Of a DNA stretch of 64,000 bases, positions 54,150 through 64,000 are shown one piece after another. The position numbers and the translations under genes were made by a program. Source of the DNA: Tubiluchus corallicola (lineage: Eukaryota; Animalia; Priapulida); assembly GCA_030141605.1 (NCBI GenBank), contig JAQGDQ010000016.1:746282-810281 (forward strand), read 5' to 3'. How positions within the stretch are numbered: the stretch's first letter is position 1; each line of letters starts with the position of its first letter. Under the pieces are notes generated by a model. It was not told where the DNA came from, searched no databases, and saw only the letters and a program-made list of their open reading frames with translations.

Positions 54150-54721
54150 GCGTCTTGAAATAGAAGGGGTAAACTGCCTTTCTGTTTTCTGCTCCCCCCC
54201 CATACACACTGTCTTAATTCTTTTTAATGTAATGAAAGCGGTTTTATAATTATGACATTTTTATAAAGGAAGTTCTTAGCCTGGGAACCCTCAGTGGTTG
54301 CAATCACTGCAATGGATTTCGTCATTCTGGAGGAGTTATTATTTAAATTAGGTCATTAAGGCCCTTTTTAGCACTATGCTTATGAGAGAGGACTACAGCT
54401 ATCAAACAAATCTTGTCATTATACGCAGTAGCCTGTGAAATTGTGAAATTGAACTGAATTGACTACTTTGAACTGTTTGAATTTCAAGATAGGCAGCACC
54501 GTGTCTCGGAAGTGGTGCTGACAAGCTGCTGACAAAACGGTACCTAATTTTTGCTGATTACGGATTGAGGGCAGATTTCTTTTATTTTAGAATTCCTCTT
54601 CGGCATCGTACTGCAGTAATTAGCAGAAAATTACTATTATTTGTAGATATAATGGGAATATAATAATAATGATGATGATGATAATGAACAATGATGACGA
54701 TGATGATGCTGATGCTGATGC

Positions 54722-54791
<70 letters not shown>

Positions 54792-55536
54792 GATGATGAT
54801 GATTATGATGATTATGATGATGATCATTAGGGTCTTCAGGCTAAGAACTTCCTGTATAAAAATGTGAAAATTATAAAATTGGTTTTATTACATTAAAACG
54901 AATGAAGAAAGTATGTCGGGCACCAGAAGATAACATCACCAATTTAAATTAACAATTAATCGAATTGTTATTATATTTTGAGCACTTTCAGAAAGCAACT
55001 CCATCTTCACAAAATCATCATAATCGTCATCACCTTCATCATCGATATCATCATCGTCGTCATCATCATCATCATCACCATTAAAGGCCCATTATGACTA
55101 CAGACATGGATAGAAGCAATTCTAAAATAAAAGAAATCTGCCCTCAAGACACGTAAACACAACAGTTAATCCAGCAAAAAATTAGACACTTGTCAGTACC
55201 ACTTCCGAGGCACGATGCAGCCTATCTTGAAATTCAAAGCAAAGTAGTCGATTCAATTCAATTTCACAATTTCGCAAGCTATTGCGTATAATTTAAAAAT
55301 GGTAAGATTTGTTTGATGCCCGTTGTCCTCTCTCATAAGCAGAGTACTAGAAAGGGCCCTAATGATGTAATATAAATAATAAAACGCCTCCAGGATGACG
55401 AAGCTCCAGGCCAAGAACGTCCTTTATAAAACATTTATGATTATAAAATTGGTTTTATTATTAAAATGAATTAAGAAATCGTGCATTGGGGCATCACAGC
55501 ATAGAAAGGAGGGTGCCCCCATCCATTTCAAGGCGG
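54150..55536. repeat. ~1.4-kb imperfect inverted repeat (arms ~54150-54601 and ~55113-55536)
   Basis: Long complementary blocks, e.g. tgagggcagatttcttttattttagaatt / aattctaaaataaaagaaatctgccctca and gcttatgagagaggac / gtcctctctcataagc. Confidence 0.9.
54660..54826. repeat. (GAT)n microsatellite
   Basis: Directly visible. Confidence 0.97.
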
Positions 55537-55569
55537 AGCACCCCCTACCCAGAATCTCGACTCTATTAT

Positions 55570-55758
55570 CAATTCAAAGTAATCAATTCAGTTTCACAAT
55601 TTCACAGGATGCTGTGTATAATTTAAAAATGGTAAGATTTGTTTGATGTCCGTAGTCCTCTCTCATAAGCATAGTGTTAAAAAGGGCCTTAGTGAGGTAA
55701 TACAAATAATAAAACGCCTCCAGGATAACAAAATCCATTGCAATGATTGTAGCCACTT
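55570..55758. repeat. Additional partial copy of the 54150-55536 arm sequence
   Basis: Matches 55240-55400 (atttaaaaatggtaagatttgtttgatg...aaaacgcctccaggat). Confidence 0.9.
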
Positions 55759-56789
55759 CAGCAGTCAATATGTCTATAGTAATCTAAAATAGTTCACTAA
55801 TATTTGCTATTTAGAAAAAGAATGACTACTTTTCCTGTTTTAACTCACATCAATTGTCCTAATTTAAGTTTAATTTATTTTTCAACTCGTACAACAGTTT
55901 GCCGTTGTTTGATCCGCCCGCTACCTCCCAAGATGTGCCAAGCCATTAATAATACAAACCGATATAACAACACGCAAAAGCGACCAGGGTGTATCTGGGG
56001 TGTTCCAAACTTCCAGGGTGTATATTTTACACAAAGACCTTCTAAAAATAATTGCCACACCTTCTCTTGTCATGCTATCTACAAAGAATTATCGACGACG
56101 GAAAAGAGTGCGTCGATTAAGCCCTGAGGGAAGGACTGAAGGCTAGAAATTTTAAGTACCCCCTCTTCTCCGCCATGCTTGCTCGTCAGTGTGAATACCC
56201 GAAGTAGCTACAGAGATTATCAAATGAAATTTAATACAAATTTAACACGCGGCTTTCTTCCCTTAGAGAGTTGTGCAAATGTTATTTCTCGCATAATCCT
56301 GGACAAGAATTATGTTTGTAAGCGGAATTATGCGACACTATTTTAATAATATACAACACTTTGTCAAATTCGAGTGCTATTTTTTGAAATTCGACTAACA
56401 GATACATTTTCTTGCAGTTTACTTTTTGCAGTTCCACATTTTGCAAGCTAAACCAGGATCCTATACCTAACGGTAGATCTTACTTACCGTATATTGATGT
56501 GGCGGAACTGGCATTTAGTTATGTACATCAAAGACAGTCCTCTAAGATGAGGAACTGGTTGACTAAACCGGCAGATGTGTCATACCACGATGAAATGTAT
56601 TATCATGAGTCAGGGCAATTAGGAGATGAAACAGCTCAGAATCAGGCTTCCTGAAGTTACTTATCCATGGAAAATCAGGCTTAGTGTTATTTGACTGTGA
56701 TCACTAAGCACACACCAGGACCACTCGACTTTTCCGTACGTCTCCAGGAACCAAACAAGGGGGCCGGGCAATTGCGTGTGTGACGGGCC

Positions 56790-56925
56790 CTAAGCCAAGA
56801 ACTTCCTTTATAAAAAATGTAATGATTATAAAATTGATTTCATTATTAAAAAGAATTAAGAAAGTGAGCGTTGGGCATCACAAAATTGAAACGAGGGTGC
56901 GCCTATCCATTTCAAAGCGGTGCAG
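56790..56925. repeat. Additional partial copy of the same repeat family
   Basis: gccaagaac.tcc.ttataaaa...gaattaagaaa...gagggtgc.c.atccatttcaa matches 55410-55535. Confidence 0.85.
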
Positions 56926-58576
56926 TTTAGTTTTAGATCAATCAAATCAAGGCAAACTGAGCAGGCGTTACTCTATTCATGGCAATGGTGAACAGCATTT
57001 AATAAAGTGGCTCCTGTCCAGCCCTGATCAAATGGTGCTGTTTATTGTTTTTATCGTATTGTTTTCATGCCCAGGGGACGTGGAAGGTTTATCCAGACTG
57101 ACTGAAAAAGGGCAGAGAAAAAAATAAAATTTCGTGAAAAAGCCAATGTCAAGAGATTCGGTGCTAAAATCGATGCAAGGACTCTTCTCGTGTTGACAGG
57201 CAGTAGGAAAAACAAGTGCACGAAAACAAGAAATACGAAAAACTTAATTTATTAGTCAGGATGTCCTATTTCTTTTAGATACTGTAACGTAATTTGTAAA
57301 TTTGCTGATTTGCTGCAGACTGAAAAGATTATGAAAGAATTTCTAAGGACTTCAAAGGCGTACTTGCCAGGAACATCTTTTCGACTTGCTTTAGTACAGT
57401 GTTATGCATTTTTATTGAGTGAGATTTATTTTAAACTTGTTTTGCTCATCATAAATAGAAACAAGGAAACTAAACTTTATTATTTACAATAATATCTTAT
57501 ACAGCAATACTAAAAATTGGCAATTTTAGTCGGCAATTAACATATTTTGTTTTCGAAGAAATGAATGCGATTTCATTCTCTCATTCTTTTTTTTTATCAT
57601 TTCTCTTATTTGCCACGAAATTTAATTTTTACGTTGAGGGAACCTGAAGTGCCTCGAGGTCCCCAAGGTCTAAATCCGGCTCTAAGGAACCTTACCTCGG
57701 CATTACAAATATCCTCAACACAATGTTTCACTGTGTAAAATTTCTTAGTGTCATGCCTGAAAACCAGAAATCTAAATGCTTGAAAGAGGGAAAATGCTCC
57801 ACGTTTAACTTTCGACTTTCATGTACAGCTTACAAGACTTGGTGTAAAGACAAATGGACCACTGATTGACCGCTGGGGGTTCATTCACTGTTGACATTAA
57901 ATCGTTAATAAAACGCCTCAACCAGTTCAGTGTCTCATCTTAGGATTAATAATGAGAAAGTTCTGATCCTGCTACAACCGTTAGCATAATAAGGAAGCCG
58001 TCCATTGAATTCTGACTATCGGCGCTTGCAATGTCATAGCTGTATAAAATGGCCATGCAGTTTCTGTTTAATACACCTGTTTGCATAATTTCTGAGCTGA
58101 CTGAAAAATTATGGCTCAGATCGATCGTTGGGAGAACGTTACCGAAATACACTAGTAGGAACGACTAGTAAGAACTGCATACACTTTCATTTAACTAGGA
58201 AAAACTGGTAATGCACATGAGGCAGATGAGGCGGATAGAGCAAATGTGCCATGCTGTCTACTTACTTTACGAAACTGAAATCGACGTATTCTACGCAGTG
58301 CGCCTCTCCTACAAACGATGTTCTAAAATCTTCAAAATCGGCTTGAAATGGAACAACGTCAACATAATGTTTTACTATCACTACGGTCCAAGTAGAAAGA
58401 ACAAAGGGAGACCAGTTATATTCCTACTGATCTGATATTGTTAGAGTTGCTACCAACATGTTTATACGCACTTTGTTAGAAGATTTGATCTGATGCTTTT
58501 GTCAAACTACAGCACTTTCTTTTCAAAGGAATGGCATACGAGTCCTAAATTAAGAGCACCACAGGAAATATGGTCA

Positions 58577-60028
58577 ATGTATGAAATAAATTGTCCAATC
58601 ACAAAAAATGGAGAAAACAATTTATGGTGCTTCCTTGTAGCATTTAGTCCAAGAGAATAGCATATCAAAAGTAGGCCGAAATGAGAGTATCACAAAGGGT
58701 TTAATTATGAAGTCGAAAAAGATGGCCGCCATTTGACCAAAATAAGTGGGTATTTAAGCCTAGTACGCACACCAAAATGGTAAAAAGATTGTTCATTTTG
58801 ACTTACGAGCTTGAAATTTTGCACAATGCTAAAACCCATTCAGCTCATTAATTTTGGATGTGGAGTCAATCGAAAATTAGCCTTGTATGGTAGCAATATT
58901 CAAGATGGCCGACAAAATGGTTGTTGCCAGCTCATAATGACCATGTTTTTTTAAAAATTATCTCTATTGGCCTTCCTTTCTTTGTGAGCAAAGTCTTTAC
59001 CTGTTTTGTATTTTAACATGCATGTACTGTTGCAACGTAACAAGTTTTGTGTGGCAGCTGTCATGGTTCTTTGAATGAATATTACACGTACAGTAATATA
59101 ATGCGTTAGTTACCTGCTACACTCTGCTTGGTGTTTGGAACAGAAATATTTGTTAAGTGAACAGTATGCGCTAGCTGTTCATGAAATTCCGAAAGCCGTG
59201 GGCCTCAAAAACGTCTGTTGTTTCGGTTTTTTCGGGCTTCGACCACACTTTAGATTATGCCAGAAAAGGAAAAACAGCCTGGTCTATATGGAAGAGTTTG
59301 GAGAGGTAACAGAAGAATTTTGTATCTCTAAGCATTCCTATAGAGTTAAGCAGCACATTTACCTCACATTTGTGCTTGAATGTTTTGCTGTACTCTTGTA
59401 GTCTTGTATAACACAGCCAACAAAAGCATGACTCTGACAGTTGACAAAGCACGTAAAGACTTATCCACAAGGAAAAGAAAAGAGTGTCACTGGATGCAAT
59501 GTGGAGCACACCAAAATGTGTTGCGCATCAAGCAGAACTGTTTGGATCAGGCATTGATCCCTGAACAATATGATTATTAAAACCTGTTTATTAATGTTAT
59601 TTGTAAAACATATCTAGGCACTAAAATCATCCTATCCGCAGAAGGACATGCAATATGACCAATAAATTACATGAGCATCAGTACATGTCCTTGATCTGGA
59701 AAACCTATATTATAAAAATCATCATCCTGTCCGCTTAAGTAGCTAAGATACAACCTAAGCTAGGGGGCAACAGCCATTTTGATTGACTCATTAACCAACA
59801 TTAATCACCTTAATACATTCTAGCACTGTGGAACGTTTCATGCTTTTAAGTCAAAATACTAAATACCCATTCAATTTGGTCAAATGGCGGCCAATTTTTT
59901 GACGTCATCGTTAGATACTCCAATTTCGGCCTACTTTTGATATGTTATTCTCTGCACCAAATACTAGAAGAAAACGTCATAAATCATTTTCTTCCATTTT
60001 TTGGTGTGCCAACAAATTGATCCTACTA
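58577..60028 (+). mobile_element. Internally deleted Academ-like DNA transposon with long TIRs
   Basis: Inverted arms of ~300 bp (catatcaaaagtaggccgaaat; atggccgccatttgaccaaa). Right terminus ...CCTACTA. Internal XPG-like remnant. Confidence 0.7.
59122..59570 (+). pseudogene. XPG/FEN1-like (H3TH) domain remnant of an Academ-type protein
   Basis: Frameshifted peptides in the expected order: LCLVFGTE / LAVHEIPKAVG / FSGFDHTLDYARKGKTAWSIWKS / EVTEEF / VVLYN..VDKARKDL / HTK.VAHQA / DQALIPEQ. Compare the recalled family pattern FGTG..HEI..LG..FTGCD..F..KGK.TAW..W...V..AR..LF...H.KR..YQA. Confidence 0.7.
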
Positions 60029-60249
60029 AAAAGACATCACCATAATAACTGTGTACGCTTGCTTTATTGAGGCCTTAAAATAAATCTAAACTGTAATTAA
60101 ACGTGCGCAGAGTTTAGTGATGAGGTCTGGATAAAACAGTTTTGGTTCAATTTGTTTTTGATTAGACTGTGATTCCTAAGCCATAACAGTTCGTTTGAAG
60201 TTTTGCTTTTGTTCTACACAAGCTTAATTACAGTTTATTTTTCTTTTAG

Positions 60250-60303
60250 AACTCTGCTGACTTTCGATAATGGGTGTAATGTCAATCGAAAGGCCTCCAT
60301 AAA
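60250..60303 (+). CDS. Possible short downstream exon (TLLTFDNGCNVNRKASI)
   Basis: Strong acceptor (cttaat branch-like site, tttatttttcttttag|). Only the phase-2 frame is open, matching both upstream donors. The donor AA|GTGAAG is weak. Confidence 0.25.
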
Positions 60304-60354
60304 GTGAAGTTAAGTGGGGGCGACAATTATTATAATGATGCCTTAGCGTTCGAA

Positions 60355-60592
60355 AGGCGCGGTGGCCAGATACGGTTGCCTATCCAGGGATTCTGTCACT
60401 GTGTTCGAATCCCACTCATATTCCACTAAGGCGGCAGAACTTTCTAGTATCCAAGATCTGTTCAGTCCTAATTGAGTAAGCGGTCATATGTTGTAGGAGG
60501 AAAGGCAGCCGAATAATGGAACAACTTTTATCGAATGCCAAGGTTGCGAATGGCTGCCGATCCATAGATGTCATAGTGGTTTATCCCTTCGC
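60355..60592 (+). mobile_element. Decayed tRNA-derived SINE
   Basis: GGCGCGGTGGCCAGA (A-box-like), GTTCGAATCCC (B-box), then a body containing ttgagtaagc...aaaggcagc, reminiscent of conserved SINE central domains. Confidence 0.6.
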
Positions 60593-63500
60593 CGTCAGAA
60601 ATTCTCCTTTTTCTTCTTCAACTTCTTTTAATGCTTGTGGGATTAATCTCTTTGCACTATTATACGATATAATTTATGCCTGAAAATCCGTTTCGCTGAT
60701 CCACTCTTCGTGCTTTCTCGACCCAGAGCTAGCTCAAATCGTATAGTTGCACGATTAGTACTTCGTTAGTACAGATGGGTTGAATTAATTTTAACCCAGG
60801 AATTTATAAGCTGTAGTCTTCTTCAACTCTCGTCTCCGTGTAGCACTGTCAAGTCATGTAACCTGCACCCTTCAAATGTCCTTTCGACGCGCCAGTAAGC
60901 CTGCAATGATCAAAGACGATTTACCAACTAATCTACCATAGAAGCTCGCACGTGATCGTATATGCAAAAGATTCAATGAGGGGAGATGGGTTTAGGTTGA
61001 AATTGACCATCTTTTAGTCACTGCAACGTTGTGTTTTTGTATTTTTTATATGGCATACCTTTTCTGCCGAAATACGCAAAGAATGAATGAACGTAAGTTT
61101 TTTTGCAAGAAGCTACAAAAATCAGTTGCATGGTTTTTATAACTTGCACAGTTAAGGTTAATATAACCAAAAGCTTGCAATAATTTGTTGTACTGAATTT
61201 CTCTGAGCGAACTTTTATGCAGAAACTGTATAAAGTCTAGCACCTAAAAGTACACAGAGAATTGTAAATTATACAAAGATTGCCCTGCATTTTTATCGCA
61301 CAATACTGTCTTTTTACACGGATTGTACTGTAGAGCTTATGTGATATTACTTTCAAGATTTCAGCTTTTCTACTTTACGAACATGCAACGTACATTCTGT
61401 TGCAGTTTCTTCCTTTGACTGAAAGGACTTCTCAGTTCCTCTCGAGTGGAACTCCTCGCTTTCCTCTCTTAGATTTGAAATTTCCCTCCTGAGAAGTAAA
61501 AATGCATCCGTTTGACACTAAACGGGTACAACTATCACATAACCTTGTGATACATAACCTTTTGCTAGAGGGTGCAAAGCAAGTTATTACATAAAAGTAT
61601 TGCTGGAACGATGTCTAATCTATCATGCCCTTAAAATTTGGTGTGAAAGCCTCATACATCTCACACAGCCTGCAATCTTGAGGGGTGTAATTGGAGCAGT
61701 GACCTGAAAACTCTGGGATTAATTTTTTTCAGTTAAACTAAAAGGGCAGAAAATAGCCAAAAGTAGTATGGCAGATGAAGCCGTCCAGAAGCTGGTTGTT
61801 GTTCACCCATTTACTAATTTCAGATACTAAGTGAAAACCGTTTCCACTTAGCTATCATTGCGTCATACAACGAATTTCACACGTAACGTGTTTTTACTTT
61901 TTTCGTGATATATACTAATATATGTATTGATTTATTTCGTAAATTGACTGCATACAATGTTGTAATTAACACAAAATATGATAATAACAATGGAATAGAG
62001 ATATAAAGATACTTACGCCAGTCTCTTTATTCTATGGAACGGGCTACAGCGTTTTGACGTGTATTTGAAATTTGAAATCATTTATTTCCAGAACAAATCT
62101 ACCAGCTTTCTTGCATTTTATCCTTACATTCGTTACATATAAAGATTTTCTTGAACTTTGTCCTGAAAGTGGCGACTGCGGTGGAATTGCTGTACAGAAA
62201 AATCGCGGTTCGGTCATCAAATTGCGATAAAATAGTCTGCAGTATCATCTGTCAGACTGTTAGTTTTGTTAGAAGTTTTCGCTTCAATAGTAGGAAAAGA
62301 TAAACCGCCTGGCTTAGATGCAAGTCAATCTTGTAAATTCTTCTGCCGAAACTATACGACCACTATTACGTGCCTAAAATTCTAAACATTCTATTCTTGA
62401 ATCTTGTTTTATAGAATCACAGATAAAATGACTAGAAACGTAATTTTGTGTTTAGCTGGTAACTGCAACATTTGGCCGAATTCAATTCACCCGTCGTTGG
62501 TTGTTACTGTACATTTATTATAAGGCCTTTTAATAAAATAATATCATCTAAATTAAGTCTACAATCAGAGTTATTAAAGTTTAAAGGAAAAGCCTAAGTT
62601 CATTTGTTTTTTCGTTGTTGCACACTTTCAGCCATATTTACTCAGAGCAGTCGGATTTAATTGCACATCAGACAGCATCACACAGAACGTTGGGGCGTGA
62701 ACTAGAGAGAAACTTCAAATTTTATACTTAAACTCGCAGTTTTATGTTTTATTGTCAGCGTCACACGGAAGAGTCACACTGAATATTTCAACCTTCACCT
62801 TCCATACGTGTACGAAACACTGTGAATTTTCCCCTCTCTGACGTCATCATTTGTTTTCGTTCGTTTGATTAAATCCCCAAGCAATCATTTGTTTACTAGA
62901 AATATGTAGGCAACAAAACATATATTTTGATGTATATTAGACCATAGGTCAAAATAAGGTATTGTCTCAAAAAGTCGTCCTATTTTCCTTTAATTTTAAT
63001 TTATGTTTATTTTATTTTAGTTTATTGGTTATAAATTTTATTTTTTTATTTGTTTACACTCCTTTTACATTTCCCTGTAAAATGCAAGGCAGGATGCATA
63101 AAAATCATTTCAAAATATAACTCAACCAGCTGGCCGTGGTGTTTACGCTGATTAAACCTCATTAAAATCTTATGTCTATCTTGTTTTAAAAACAAAGGTT
63201 TGGAATAGTTCTACCAAAGATAATAATAGAAAATACAATTTGCCTTGAAAATAACGATTACCAAAGCAGGACAAAGAAACGAAAACTACACAAGTCAATG
63301 AAAATTACAGTTTTCGGTTTGGCGTAAATATTCTTAAGTTAGATGTATTGACTATTTTATTTCCTTCAATTCTTCCAAATATTGCTTATGTTTAGTCAAG
63401 TTGTGATAACGTAAAGTAATGCCAATGCAGTCCTCTACTAGGTGTAAACTGGAAAATATACAACACGATGTACTGCAAGTGGCTCAGTACTTAGCACAGT

Positions 63501-64000
63501 GAGTCTTTTAAGATAGGAACAATCACTTTATTGACATCGAGCAAACAACCTACGAGTGAAATATCTCTCACTGTCTTTTAATTGATACCGCGGCCATACA
63601 GGAGTGCATTATCGAAGTAAGGGATTAACATATGCTTTGTAGGTTTTTAACAATGTATCTTTGTTATTAGTATAAAAACATCTAAAACATGTATAACTCT
63701 GTAGGCTTTAGTTCTTGTTGTTTACAGTATTTTTAAAATTGCAAATGAGAGTTCACCATAATATGTAGCTAGATGCATTTGTCATAGAGGTTCCATTTAA
63801 AACGCACTGCAACTGAGGGTTGCCACAACCAAGATGCTACAGAGTGCATTTATTTGCAGAAATAAGTAACTGACGTGCATTTGACCACAAAGATAACGTT
63901 TCCATAGCATAACAAAGAACGGGATAAGTATTGCAACTGGTATGCAGTTTTAAATCCTCGACAAATAATTTACAGCGAACTGTCCTCACTACATCAGGTA

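Noticed and set aside
60860-60920. Minus-strand DHCRLTG resembling the Polinton polymerase DHCHLTG motif
   Set aside because: The downstream H..CN motif is absent, the frame closes quickly, and there is no supporting context.
63976-64000. Possible micro-exon (tttacag|...cag|gta) at the window edge
   Set aside because: Truncated by the window end, with a weak pyrimidine tract. Cannot be evaluated.

Overview
AT-rich eukaryotic DNA, most likely an invertebrate animal (inference from spliceosomal GT-AG signals, many microsatellites and metazoan-type transposon remnants). It is not prokaryotic: I see no operons, rRNA, CRISPR arrays or intact tRNA genes. Most of the window appears to be introns of one + strand gene, of which only N-terminal exons are visible: a 58-nt first coding exon (8748-8805), a phase-compatible exon (33515-33782) and a probable alternative N-terminal exon (51076-51578). 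I could not identify the protein family. The introns hold decayed mobile DNA: a piggyBac transposase remnant between inverted 16-bp arrays, an Academ-like element with an XPG/H3TH remnant, an hAT-type MITE with an 8-bp TSD, two related Tc1/mariner-type MITEs, foldback and palindromic elements, LINE remnants, tRNA-derived repeats and compound microsatellites. Nearly all ORFs in the supplied track are spurious. All family calls come from manual motif recognition, not database searches, and repeat boundaries are approximate.
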